Both the position numbers and the translations under genes were made by a program. The notes below the pieces were generated by a model. It did not search any database. It saw nothing but the letters and a program-made list of their open reading frames with translations, and was not told the DNA's origin. Shown piece by piece: positions 27,227 to 40,706 of a stretch of DNA of 64,000 bases. Positions within the stretch are counted from its first letter, which is position 1, and every line of letters begins with the position of its first letter. Where the stretch lies: NCBI GenBank assembly GCA_051362555.1, contig CM120645.1, forward strand, positions 6,572,001 to 6,636,000. The letters are read 5' to 3'. The stretch comes from Lingula anatina (Eukaryota > Animalia > Brachiopoda).

Positions 27227-29624
27227 ATCACGCAGACAAACTTGTTTTGCCAACTCAATAAGGCAGTGGATGTCCCAGTTTATATATTAGCACTAGCCTT
27301 GGTATTGGTTCAGATTGTTTCACCAGCTATTCAGTAAATTTGTTTGATACGGTGTCAAGCTGATGTAAGTTTGTATATTGTAGTCTAATCAGACAAGTTA
27401 GATATATTATATATATATATATAGGTTAAAATAGATATTGTATAGAGATGATATTGAATGTGTGTACATGCACATTGAGAATATGTGAACATTTTGCAGG
27501 ATATTCCTGGTCATAGATGGTGATAAAAGTCCACGGTTAAGATAGTGTGTAAGGGCAAGGTTAGCAAAAATGATAAGCAGTCACAATTATGTGAAGTTTA
27601 TCTACTATTTCCGACATTTAGTTTTTGGCATGGATGTGGGGTGGGGAGTTGATAAATTAAAATACAGACCAGATGCAGTTTCCATATATTTCAGCTCAAA
27701 TTTACTGAATTTCACCTTATTCGTGTATACAGCACTACGTATTGTTGTTTTACGTCTGGTCAGGGTATGTTGTATTGAAACATAATTCTTGGGTATTGTA
27801 ATGCGTATGCACAATTTAGAAAATATTGTTTCATCAGCAATTTTTTTTAAATACAAATTAAGAAGTTCTTTTTTGAACAGCTTGGAATATGCATTGATAC
27901 TCTGCCAGCAAATGTTGCATATGGTTTCTCTTAGAATTCCTCATTGGATGTGGCTGTGAAAGACATTCTTTGGAGAACTGATTGTAAGCAGATAAAGCAG
28001 CAGTAGGTAAAGAAAACAATAAAATTCCCAAGCTGTTCAGGAAGGAAGTTTTTTTTTTCATTTTATTATTATTTTTTTCTTCTTATTATTATCAATTATT
28101 GTGTTAGAGTTGAGAGTGTGTTAGTTGTGACTGTGTAAAGAATATCCATTGTGTTGGGTGTGACAGTCAGTGCAGCCCTTAGAGGAAAGAACTACTTTTA
28201 TAAACGTTTCTTTATTTGTACATAACTTATACCTAGTCAGATGTTAAAAGGCACAATTACCACATGGTGTGTTCATAGAGAATGTGCAAGAGTTGTAGAT
28301 AGATTGATACCAATTGAGAAGAAATATAGTCAAATAATTAATAGTTTTACAAGGTTTGCGTAGCCTATGGTTTGCTTGTGTTTGGACTGAGAGAGAGAGG
28401 TGAGAGAGAGAGAGAGGAGAGAAATTGAGAGAGATAATTACTCACAAACATCAAATACCATTTTTTTACAAAATATAATTTTTTTCAAGCTTTCTTTTGT
28501 TAAATTACTTTTGTTACAATGGTCAGAGAAATCAATTATATATTAGATTTGAATTGACCGCCTCAAAATAAAGTGAAGTATAGTTGATCATAAGAAAACA
28601 AGGGGTGTTAAGGAAAATGTTTTTTACGATATCCAGGAAGAAGACCAGGGCCAAATTCACAAAAGTCAAAAGTTATTTTTTACTTTTAAGACCCTAAAAT
28701 TATATCCAACTTCAGGACAAATCTGTAGTAGATTTTGATAAACAAATAAATAAACTGAAGTAACACAAAATGTGGGGTGATCTTGAAGTAGCCCAAGATT
28801 TTGGTCTAAAAAAATTGGAACATTTTTTTTTTTCGATCTAAAGACCAACTGAGAAACCAGTCCTGGAAAGCCATTGATGTTATCCACCTCATCCACTCAG
28901 TGTGGTAGGTTTAGCTCTGAGAAAGGGGGGAGGGGAGGTATGTAACAGGCAATTGCAATCAAAAGGACTCCATGGAAAGTTGAACAAAAAATGGATGTAG
29001 TTGAAAAGGTCTTACATACCCAGTGAGGGTAATTAGTATAAAGGCTGATGGTCAGATAATAAAGACCAAACCTGTTGAAGAGCTTCATTACAGAGATATT
29101 ATATCTCTGACGTCTTTCTCCCAAATCTTCACATCTCATTTTCCAATTAGTGAAATCCTATAAGCTTTAATAAGATTAGTTATTATTTTGTGTAATAATA
29201 TAGTTACTAGTATTACAAGCTAGGTCATGAAGGGGTCTGTAGACTCAAGTGTTGTAATCCTATGGAATTTGACTTTATATCATTGCCAAGTCAACGGCAC
29301 TATGTTTTTGTGTTAGTGTCATGTTGGCTTTTAATCAGTATGTAGATAAAAGTAAGATATTAGATAAATAAAACAATATTGTTCTCACAGCATTTTATTT
29401 GAACTTATTATTTTTGTTTCATAGTAAGGTAGATATTTTAATTGAGCAGACTATACTTTATTCCCTGGTTAAGTATAAAATCAAGACTGCATTACCTATA
29501 TAGAATCGTTGAACGAAACTAAATATCACCCAAAGAAATTTACTAGAAGTATTTCTACTGGATTTTAATTTCCAGACTCCTTTATACTGAAATTTGTAAT
29601 AATACCCGGTAATGTGTACCTTGA

Positions 29625-29714
29625 TACTTGATTCCTGGTTTGCATTATAATAGAGATGATATAGAAACTTACTTGATTCCTGGTTTGCATTATAATAGAG
29701 ATGATATAGAAACT
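29625..29714. repeat. Perfect 45-bp tandem duplication
   Basis: TACTTGATTCCTGGTTTGCATTATAATAGAGATGATATAGAAACT x2. Confidence 0.95.
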
Positions 29715-31547
29715 TTATCTCTTGGCTAACTATGTGAAAGTAAAACCCTGTACAAATAATAATAATAAATACAATAATTTTATATAAATACTTTCCTTCC
29801 ACATACAATCTAAGAACTGCTCTAATAAATTTTGACTTTTCAGTTGACTTTAAAAGTTGATTATGAGCATTAACAGCCATATTCATACAATATCAAAAGG
29901 TGGGAGAGAGAAATTAGTGACCGTACATACATACTGATAAAAACTAAATGGTTCCTAGAGTCTGCTACTTGTGAGGGAAAAACGATTCAAGTATCTGAAG
30001 AAAAAAAAATACTAATTTTCTTTTCGTCATTATTACATCATAAAAACATTTCTTTCGATATGTATATTAGCCTTGTAAATGCATACTTATACTTGATATG
30101 ATTCGATAAAGAACAATCTTCACCCAAGAAGCTTATACAAGAAGGTGGGGGGGGGGGGGGGGGGGTGTCTCTTAATCACTTGAATCATCCTTAACCATAC
30201 TCCATGCTACTTAAACTAGCAAGTGACAGGTAAAATAATACATATGTGATGGAGACCCATGCCTACCAATAACAAGATGGATACACATAAGATGATATGT
30301 AAAATGTCATACTACTTTAAACTCAAAAATTTGAAAATTTTACATTTAGACATTTTTTTTTTGATTATCACAGATGGAGGTAACATAAGGATAACACCAA
30401 CACTGTTCTCACAGCTCATATCTGTTATAATGTTATAATGAAGCTATACCAGGGTTCCACTTGCACTGTCATCACCATTTTTTAAAAAAAATGTCATCAC
30501 ATACTAGAAAACAATTGGCATATGGCATGTCAAAGATTGGTAAAAAGAGTTTTTTATGTAATGCACCCAAAAAATTTTTAATTCACCTTAACAACCATAA
30601 CACATGCACATATGCATAAATAAATATCACAACTCCTGAACAAAAACTGCAATTATATAACGATGACACTTGAATAACAAAAACAGTTTCCAAAACCAAT
30701 ATGATAAAAACGCAAAGATACTGCTTTCTCAAACATATGAATAATGTAGAAGAAAAAAAAAAACATGGCAAGCCTTCTCACTGAGAAACTTGAAAATGGA
30801 CAACACAAAACAATCAAATTTCCTCTTAAAAAGGTGGGTATTATTGATTTACTGGCAGTTCCTTAACAACAAATTCCACTTGCCAACTTTCACTCCTCAT
30901 ATTATTTCTTCTACTCGTAGTGTCATGCCTTTTCAGCAATAAGATAATCTCATGACGAAATCTGGTATAATACGTGAATTTTCTTTTTCTTACTCCAATA
31001 AATAAAAATATGAATATTTTGTACAAAAATATCTTGATAACAGCTACATAGTGTATTAAAAGCTTGCCAATCCAGTATTATAATTAATAAGCATACAGCC
31101 AAAACAATTTGCATGTTCGATTTGCAATCAAATGTTAAAATGCTTACACAGTGAAAGGAATAAAAATGAACACAATACTGTATTAACATTTTCATAAATT
31201 ATATGAAAAATGATGAAAAAAAAATAGAATGGTTGTGTTGGGAATCGCCAAGAAGGGGTCTCAATATCAAAAATGAGGTTTGTTTTAATTAGAGCAAATT
31301 ATTTGAGGAAATAAACAAATATTGGGAACACATAAAGGTGACGATATGCATTTAGTCTTTAAAATGCAGTCATGATTATCATAAATTATGACATTTGTCA
31401 AGACTCCTATCATGCACTGACCTTATTTGTGTAAGATGTGCCATCTGTTGTGACCCAACAAAAAATTAAGTATTGATCCAGCAGTCCCATCTATTGCAAA
31501 GGATGTCCAAAATAAAATTTAAACAATATTATCATAGCAATCAAAAT

Positions 31548-31691
31548 TGTTCCAATAATGCTCAATGTTTCATTCATTGCATCAGGTGTTCCAATCATTG
31601 CACAAGATGTTCACCTAATTGTGTTAGATGTTCAGCTCATTGTGCTAGATGTTCCATGAACTGTGTCATATGTACTGTTCATTGTGTTTTG
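31548..31691. repeat. Degenerate 21-bp tandem repeat spanning the MFSD8-like stop codon
   Basis: Units start at 31566, 31587, 31608, 31629, 31650 and 31671 (TGTTCnnnTCATTGTGnTAGA-like), with a shorter unit at 31548. Confidence 0.8.
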
Positions 31692-34600
31692 GAGACCAGC
31701 ATCTGGGAGTAATGGAGCCTTCTCCTGTTCTGTTTCTTGCACAGATTGTGTATGCACTGGAGATGTCCTCTCAACTTTTAACCAGCGGAATGATAGCAGC
31801 AACATTACCTAAAACAAGGTAAAAAATATCATGCCTAAACTGAGAAAATGTGCGTACAATTCAAAACAATTAATCATTTTTTATTGAGTGTACTTAGGAT
31901 GTAGTATTTATCAAAAATTCATTTCATAAGGCATATATGATGTCATTATTACATTATCCCCTGCACAGCATCCCCCACCCCAAATCATTCCCCTCATTTT
32001 TTTATTCCACACCCTAAGTTTCAGAAGTCCATTCAATACTCAGCATTCTTCCGATGTTAAAAATAAACAGGAAAGACATGCTGATAACAGAGGCAGGTTT
32101 CGAGTGACCTCCAAAACTCAGGGTGCTTTCATCCCCTCATCTTAATCCCCCCCCCCCTTTACTTACTGTGGCCAACACCAAAAGCCCCAGCACCACTCCC
32201 AGCATTACGTACATCCTAGATAACAAAGCACCAGACCACAGGGGACCTAGGATGGTGCCTAAACCCAGCATTGTGCGCCTTAATCCATGCCCAAAACCTG
32301 AAATAGGAACATATATATATTAGTATAAATTTATTTACATAATCACAAATATTGATATATTTGCGTATTTATATTGTACAATTATTCATTCATTAATGTA
32401 TTTATCAATTCATTTATAAGTTCGTGAGAGGGAAGAGATAGAGAGAGAGAATGATTTATGTAATGATAAACAGCAATGAAAATTTAACCTACATAAGCAC
32501 TGATTACGTACCCTGTGTTTCCAAACGTGTAATTTTTGAGTACAGAGAAATGCCACAAACAGCCATGAAAGGCAACCCAAACACATCCAGGAAAATACCC
32601 AATATTAAGGCAGGTAATATCAGTGGTGTTTCTAATAAGAAAGAATAAAACTTCTAAAAGATACATATTCAACAGATAATCATAATAACACAATGCAAAA
32701 TGATATTTTGTAGGTGTGACAGTATGTTTGTTATGGCAGTGACTTATCTGTGTCCCAATAGTTATATTGAAAATGATTGTGATACATAACATTGTGTTAG
32801 GTGAGACAGTGTGTTAGTTGTGAGAGTGTGTTGGTTGTGACAGAGACTTACCAGGTTTAGCAGTGGGCAGGTAGTAGGTCATGAAAGCTATGCACGCAAT
32901 CTCCACCAGACATCCAATCAAAATCATTGTTCGGTCTTGTAGCCTTTTACTCAGGAAATGTACCAGTATGAAAACACTTATAACCTGTAAAAACAATAAG
33001 AACCTGAAAATTTTGTGCCCTCTTTGAGTGTTTACCATTTGTATTTCTTACCAAAATATTCTTTAACATTATTCAGTGTAGTACATGGTTTCTTATCTGT
33101 TACAGTGCTTTGTAAGTTGTTTTGTGTGTGCAAACAGACAAACAGATGGTGATAAAATGATACTTTCATTCTTAGCAAGACAGAGGCATCCACCCCAAGT
33201 TAATTGTCATTTGGTGCCAAAATGAAACAACTGCCTGATATTTAAAAAAAAAAAAAAAAGCTGTACCCAACATATGACACAAACAAATAGCTCCATCTGT
33301 TTTCTCCAAATGAACATACAATGTGGAAAAATACAAGGGTATTTTTAACCAGTCAATTAAAGGGTTATAATAAGTTAATTGAATGATAAATTGTACATAA
33401 TGTGTTGGGGTGACATCTTACTTACCTCTACACCAGCTAAACAATACATAATACTGTTTTCAAACTCTCCCCAGTTTAAAAGGCTTTTGGTTAGAGGTGT
33501 CACAAATGTCTGGAATACACAGGGCATATTAAAATAAAAGGTTAACGCAAAATGGGTGTATTTTCATATAAAAATGACATGTTATTTATAAGAAAAATGC
33601 AATAATTACATCATTTTGATCCAAATTTAAATCAATCCTTCAAAATCAATAAAAAGAAGAAAAGAGATTAAGAAAGATTGAAAGAAAGAAAAATGCCAAT
33701 TGCCAAAATAAAAATAAAGCAATACAGAAAACAGATATCATTTAAGAACTATTAATATTCTATAACTATGTGTGAAATTTTTATCATGTAAAATCTAAAG
33801 CTTCAAAAACATCTATACCTCAAGTCCTGTCTGCATGAACATACTAACAAAGGAAACAAAAAGGAGTAAGACCACTTCCTCTCGCAGAAATTCTGAAACA
33901 GCAAAAAAAGACAACTTTGATAAACCATATTTGATGTACTGTAAATATTCAAACTAGTTGGAAACTGAGGCACAAATCTGAAAAATATTCACTATCTGAA
34001 GTCTAAAAGCACAGAGAGGCAGGGGAGGCAAGGAAAGGAAGAGTTTGGATAAAATCCAGGGCTCAGATGAAAATTCTGAAAATTAAAAAAACCTGAAGTA
34101 TGTTATTTAACATGAGGGGTTTTTAGACATCAATTTGAGAAGTGGGAAGTGAGACACGGGATGCAAAACACGAATGCAGAACACTCAAATGAAATTTAAG
34201 TAAGCTGTTCCAATATTATCTGTAACCCAGGTAACCATGTAGTTACCAACCTTGTCTAATATAACTCCATGTCAGTTTTTGGTTGGTTGGACTTTTCACT
34301 TCAACAATATATTGATTTTGTGGATTGTCTGAATTCACATATTCGCCATGCTCGCGCAGCAATTGTTCACTCTCATAAATGGGTCCTGGATCAACAAGAC
34401 CCGAGGGAGAAATACTCCGAGGTCTGTCTGTGTTTAAACTGCTCTCAGAATGAATCCCACTATCTGGAACACTGTGCAAGTTACTTGTTGGCCTACTTTC
34501 ATAACTAGATGAACTTCCCCCATTCATCTGGGGGTCAGTGTTTGTGGTTATTTTTGGTTTTGTTGCTGGTAGTTCTGGTAAGTTGTGATAGAATAATAGG

Positions 34601-35286
34601 ACAACTATTTGCATGACTGTCCACAGGACGGCCATGAAAAGCTGCAAAGTAAAGAGAAATTGGTATTTCAGATAACGATTGAAAGAGAGGATGACTGAAC
34701 AATTTTACAAATGACCACACAAAGATGTTTTAATTTCCATTCCTTTACTCTAGTAGCTGTATATGATAATTAATTGAAACGAAATGAATCAACAAATTTC
34801 CACAAAACAATCTTTTAATTTTTAAAATTACTTTAAATACTGATTTTAAAACTTTGAAAGTTTTACTGAATATGTGTTGGATAGTACATCTTTGTAAGGT
34901 TGAGTCTACCATTTTGTTTCAGAAAAAAACCCCCTGAATCTGTGTCTGTACTACAATAACTCACCCCAGGTGCTGTGTAAGCATCCACAACATAGGGTCC
35001 AATGGTGAAGTTAGATTTACGTAAGAATAAGTTCAAACCCGGACCTACAGAGAAAGTAATAAGAAAATATCAAATGAAAAGTCAAATCATGTACCAAATA
35101 GAGTTTTAAAAGATAATGCTGACTACATGTAGTAGGCATTTTTTTATTTGACTGAAAATAATTCTGTAAATTAAATCAAATTTATAGTCAAAATGATCCT
35201 GTACCACGTAATACCAAAAAGAAATTGCATGTTATACTTAATACATTACTTGGCATACTAAACTTGAAACAATAAACTAAAAAAAT

Positions 35287-35327
<41 letters not shown>

Positions 35328-38300
35328 GGGGGGAGACTTATTGTGTTAGTTGAGACAAAGCTCTGTCACTCACAATGTTGGGTGTGCCTTACCTACAACC
35401 AGGCCCACTTGTCTGGCAATCATAAGAGTTGCTAATACTGAGGTCCTCTCCTCTATATGTGTGGCCCTTGACACATCTGCTATGATGGCAGCTCCAACTC
35501 CAGTGCCAACACCTAAAGAGACATTACCACACATTGCTCTTATTTGTTAAAGAGTACTTAAATTACCAAATATATACCTAAACAGAACAGTATTTCTCCT
35601 TTTTCAAATTTCTGAAGAGCTTTAGAGATACACAAACATAGAATATTTTCTTCTTTTCGAATGAGTTATAAGATTTCTCAAAAAGCTTTTGCATAATGTT
35701 AAGTGTTTCACCCACTGTATATACTTCAAACGCTACATGTATGATCTAGGTATCAAATAAAAACCATACCTGCCACTAGCCTGGAGCCTAGTAAAAACCA
35801 CTTAGATATTCCCAAAAAATACATAATGTTTCCTCCTATTTCCCACAAGTTTGAAAATAACAATAAAAGTTTGGTTTGTCTGGTTTTGTCGCCCCATCTG
35901 TAATAAAACGAAAGACTAAAACTTTTGAAAAAATAAAAAAAAAATTAACACATGGTAACACATGTACAATACAAGTATACACCTAACATATTCAGACCAT
36001 ATGGTTACACATACATATACACAATCCAAATACAGAATTATAACATACTGGTACTGGTGAAAAACACATGTTAACATACTGATAAATACTATATATATGG
36101 TCACATACTGGTACATATACACAATGCACAGTAACATACACACAAAACATGGTCATAAAAAAAATTTTACACAACACATGGTAAAATATACACATACCTC
36201 CCCATGATAGGCCCAGCAAACAGCCCAGTGACACTGAATGCAGACAGTATCATACCCAGAAAGTACTGCTCAGCATTGTACCGCTCATGGATATATAGCC
36301 ATAGTGTAGGCAGAATTACAGCTACAGAAAGAAATAAGAAGGTGATAAACTTTATAAATCACATTACAAAAAAAAGTACTGCATTTTTGTATTGCTTTTA
36401 TATAATTAAAATTTTATAGTTTGTTTTCTTAAGTAATTTCTGTTTTGTGAAGCAAGAAATGTTAACAATTTTTTTAAAATATATTATAAGCCACAGCCTG
36501 TATTTAATAATTAAGGACCATTTCTGAGAGCTACATTTATACATATAATAGCAGATGCCAAAAAACTGAGGCAATGGTTTCCAAGACAGTGCTACTTAAA
36601 GGGATAATATCTCTTCAGATGAGGTCTATATTTCACAATAAAAACATTAGGAATTAGTCATAGAAATATAATATATTCTGTTTTACAACAAAAACAGCAG
36701 TTATAGCTATTATTCTGACATCTGAGCTTGTCTTCAGATCACGTGACCTCCATTGATGGATATACTCTGTTATAATCTCTTAAGAGATTTTAGCAAAAAA
36801 ACCAAACTTGTTAGAAAAAAAACCAGGGACTAATTTTGAATGTAAAAATGGATTCATTAACCATTGGTAAGTACTGTATGGGAAAATTGATGTTTACTCC
36901 AGGAAAATTCATTTTTTGGCCAAAACGAAGAGTTATTATCCCTTTAAGGAGTCTGGTGTTATTCATAATTCATTCATTGCATTTTGGCCAATCAGAAAAA
37001 GTGATTTTCACGTGAGGTTTAATAATAAATAATTCTTACTGTCCAACTCTTGAGCAATACTGTTATGATAACAATCAAGCCTCAAGGATACAGAATCAAC
37101 ACAAACTTAGAAATTAACAAATTTTATCATGCATTAAAAAAAAATGTACAGCTTTTAGGCAGTATTGCTGTACTGCTTTATTACAGTATAATTAAAATTT
37201 TATAGTTTGTTTTTATAGGTATCTCCTGTTTTGCAAAGCAAAAAATATGTTAACAGTTTATCAGAACAAGTGAGTTTTGCATGAGGTTTAATAATAAATA
37301 ATTCTTACTGTCCAAATCTTGTGAAATATTGTCATGATAACAATCAAGCCTCAAGGATACAGAATCGTCACAAACTTAGAAAGTAACAGTTTATAATAGT
37401 AGCAAGGGGCTTATGACTTCATTTAAATCCCACATTTAAAGACCCCTTTGCATTTCTTGTGTAAATTCCCATTCAATGCAATCGAACGCTTTTTTAAAAT
37501 CTAAGAAAATTGCCATCCCTTCTTTATTTTGCCTTTTTGTTGAGTACATAAGATCCCAGATGAGTCTTATATTTTCACCGATATATCTTTTTTTAACGTA
37601 CCCGGTTTGGTTTTTGTTGATAATGGTTGGTAAAGTCATTTCCATTCGTTTTGCAAGTGCTTTTGCGGCTATTTTGTAGCTTACGCTTAGCAAAGAAATA
37701 GGTCGCCAGTTTTCCAAACGGTGTCTATCCTTGTCTTTTTTGGGAATTAGAGTTATTATACCCTGCCGTTGGCTAATATTTAACTGACCAGTTTCAAAAG
37801 CAAAATTCAAACAGTCTGCAATTTCCTCTCCTAATTCTTCCCAGAATTTCATGTAAAATTCTGCGGAGAGCCCATCGACACCCGGGGTTTTATTCTTCTT
37901 TTTTGTAAGTTCTTTGAGTGCGTTTTTGCACTCGTTGATGGTTAGCTTTCCTTCACATGCGATTTTTAGGTCGTTTGGAATTTGGGGTATGTTTTGTACA
38001 TTGAAAAATTTGTTTGAGATTCTCTCGTTAAAGGTAGTGTTCTGTGAGGTGTACAAATTTTCATAAAACTTTTCCTGTTCTTGTAGAATATCTTTATCGT
38101 TAGTTACTGTTAGTGTATCATTAATTTCTAGTTTTGTAATTGTATTTCTGACCCGATTCCGTTTTTCCAAGTTGATAAAGTAATTTGTATTGCGTTCGCC
38201 CTTTTCGTACCATCTCACTTTACTGCGCATTATTGCACCTTCAGTTTTAGCTTCTAAGATTAAATCATATTCAGTCTTAAGTTTTTCTAATTCTTTAGCT

Positions 38301-40137
38301 TTTTCTTTATTAAATTGATTGTCTATCTCGGCTTGTAGCACGTTGATTTTTTTCCAAATGTCTCTTTCATTTTCTCTATGTTGTTTAGATTTTTGCTTTG
38401 AAAATTTTATTGAAAACTGCCGTATTTCCATGGTTATCATATCAAATGCTAAACCACGGTCCTCTAAGTAATTGTATCTGTTTTTTGCTTCATTAATTAC
38501 AATTTTCATTTCGTTAATATATCTTTCGTCTCCTAGTAAAGTATTATTGTGTTTCCAAAACCCTCGCCCTCTAACTGTCACATCTTTTGTCTTTTAAAAC
38601 AAAGATATTGCATCATGATCAGTGTAAGGTGCGTACAGTATCTCCGCCTTTTCTATAAAACAATTTTCTATAAGTTCGTTAGATGTTATCCAGTAGTCTA
38701 GTCTGCAGGAAATTTTTGATTCGGAGTTTTTCCATGTGTATCTTCTTTCTGCACCATGGAACTTTCTCCATGTGTCATTTAAATGATATTTTTTCATAAT
38801 ACTTTGTATTTCATGTATAACTTTATCTTTAATGTGTGTGGACAGTCCACCATGTTTATCTAGCTTGGACAATGTGCAGTTGAAGTCACCCCCTATAATT
38901 ACATAATCAGATTCATATTTAGCTAGTTCTTTATAGAGAAATCTGTAAAATTCAATATAATATATTCTGTTTTACAACAAAAACAGCAGTTATAGCTATT
39001 ATTCTGACATCTGAGCTTGTCTTCAGATCACGTGACCTCCATTGATGGATATACTCTGTTATAATCTCTTAAGAGATTTTAGCAAAAAAACCAAACTTGT
39101 TAGAAAAAAAACCAGGGACTAATTTTGAATGTAAAAATGGATTCATTAACCATTGGTAAGTACTGTATGGGAAAATTGATGTTTACTCCAGGAAAATTCA
39201 TTTTTTGGCCAAAACGAAGAGTTATTATCCCTTTAAGGAGTCTGGTGTTATTCATAATTCATTCATTGCATTTTGGCCAATCAGAAAAAGTGATTTTCAC
39301 GTGAGGTTTAATAATAAATAATTCTTACTGTCCAACTCTTGAGCAATACTGTTATGATAACAATCAAGCCTCAAGGATACAGAATCAACACAAACTTAGA
39401 AATTAACAAATTTTATCATGCATTAAAAAAAAAAATGTACAGCTTTTAGGCAGTATTGCTGTACTGCTTTATTACAGTATAATTAAAATTTTATAGTTTG
39501 TTTTTATAGGTATCTCCTGTTTTGCAAAGCAAAAAATATGTTAACAGTTTATCAGAACAAGTGAGTTTTGCATGAGGTTTAATAATAAATAATTCTTACT
39601 GTCCAAATCTTGTGAAATATTGTCATGATAACAATCAAGCCTCAAGGATACAGAATCGTCACAAACTTAGAAAGTAACAGTTTATAATAGTAGCAAGGGG
39701 CTTATGACTTCATTTAAATCCCACATTTAAAGACCCCTTTGCATTTCTTGTGTAAATTAAAGCAAGAACTCATCATAGCATAAAACCCTTGTTTACTGTC
39801 TCCATGATGGCCTCCCCCCAAAAAAATTAAACAAACAAACAAATTTATTAAATTTTAATATAATTATTAAAATCATGTTTTTAATAAGGAAAAGAGACGA
39901 CAATTAAATAATATGGTTATCCAAAGGAAGATCAAACTATTATCCTAACCGCTATGCATTTAAATAATGTGACGATAAAACATATCAGTCGCTATCTCTG
40001 ATAATACCTGTAGCGGGTCAAAAATAAGAACGTGGGTGCTAACGTCAAAAGTTGAACTTACCGTACTCAACACCTCCAAAGAACCAAAACGTACAAATGG
40101 TGATGTAAGTCGTCCGCTTCTTCCACTTTGCATTCAT
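31632..40137 (-). CDS. MFSD8: Major facilitator superfamily transporter, MFSD8/CLN7-like (12 exons, ~545 aa)
   Basis: Exons 40062-40137, 36198-36321, 35770-35897, 35393-35512, 34965-35044, 34251-34641, 33819-33892, 33426-33509, 32852-32984, 32512-32631, 32167-32297, 31632-31808 (1638 nt, in frame). Motifs: FFGGVEYAVILPTLWLY, GRWGDK (MFS motif A), SRLVAGVGTG, GPG, ETFVTPLT, SLYSKI, ILGPLW; C-terminal EKAPLL dileucine lysosomal signal. May be a paralog rather than the strict ortholog. Confidence 0.85.
36600..36943. mobile_element. TTAA-TSD MITE (Kolobok/T2-like), copy 1
   Basis: TTAA|AGGGATAAT...AAGAGTTATTATCCCT|TTAA; clear homolog at 43817-44153 and a partial copy at 38954-39232. Confidence 0.8.
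36665..37467. repeat. ~800-bp direct repeat, copy A (left of LINE fragment)
   Basis: Near-identical to 38954-39758; the only difference seen is the length of one A-run. Confidence 0.95.
37468..38953 (-). mobile_element. Internal fragment of L1/Tx1-clade LINE ORF2 (endonuclease C-half to start of RT), pseudogenised
   Basis: IIGGDFN, YTW..SCRLDY, TDH, RGFWKHNNTLL, RSKVRWYEKGERNTNYF, KTPGVDGLSAEFY, NWRPISLL..YKI, Q.GY..KRYI, FLDFKKAFD. In-frame TAA at 38594-38596; truncated before YADD; no 3' tail. Confidence 0.93.
38954..39758. repeat. ~800-bp direct repeat, copy B (right of LINE fragment)
   Basis: Near-identical to 36665-37467; begins 65 bp inside the TTAA MITE. Confidence 0.95.
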
Positions 40138-40486
40138 CTTTATATATTGTGCCTAGGCTATCTGATGTAACTGGGCACTCGATCAGGCGGCATGCCGAAA
40201 ATGATGAAATTAACGTTAAATGGAAAGTAACGTTGGTTGATTCCTGATGCCGGTAATATCGGTGGCAAGTCGAATTCACTAATCGTTTCCGGAATGTCTG
40301 CTCATCTCAGACCACGCAAGAAGTTACAACTTCTTGGACCACGGCACAGATGTCATCTTAGGCCAGAAAGGTTTTGGCTGTGTACGCCTTTCCACGAAAT
40401 AGAAGGGATTGTTGTAATTGTTGTCTTTTCTATCACTTTCTAACTTTCTTTTATTTTTTGCTGAAATGTATTATTCTTAGAGGAAA

Positions 40487-40515
40487 CAAGGAGTTACAAC
40501 AGTTGTAACTCCTTG
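40487..40515. mobile_element. 29-bp P-element-type terminal palindrome (probable excision footprint)
   Basis: CAAGGAGTTACAAC-A-GTTGTAACTCCTTG flanked by 7-bp direct repeats GAGGAAA (40480-40486, 40516-40522); arms match the TIR of 9637-10897 at 13/14. Confidence 0.8.
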
Positions 40516-40706
40516 GAGGAAACTTTTTTTAAAGTGGAAATAAAGTTGCATTGAAATCTATAAACCGTTTATTGGTGCAACAATCTTCAACATTTCAGTT
40601 TCATAAATGCCAACTCTGTAATATCCATTCATAAATATTTAATGAACCACGATTGTTTAAAAAATAATGGTCATTATAGGAAATGAAATAATTATATTAA
40701 TTTTTC

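Noticed and set aside
31473-31712. Plus-strand CxxC-repeat, metallothionein-like ORF
   Set aside because: Antisense reading of the 21-bp repeat in the MFSD8-like last exon; no ATG start.
36665-39758. LTR retrotransposon interpretation
   Set aside because: The interior is a non-LTR EN-RT fragment; the repeats lack TG..CA ends, PBS and PPT, and consist of local intron and MITE sequence.
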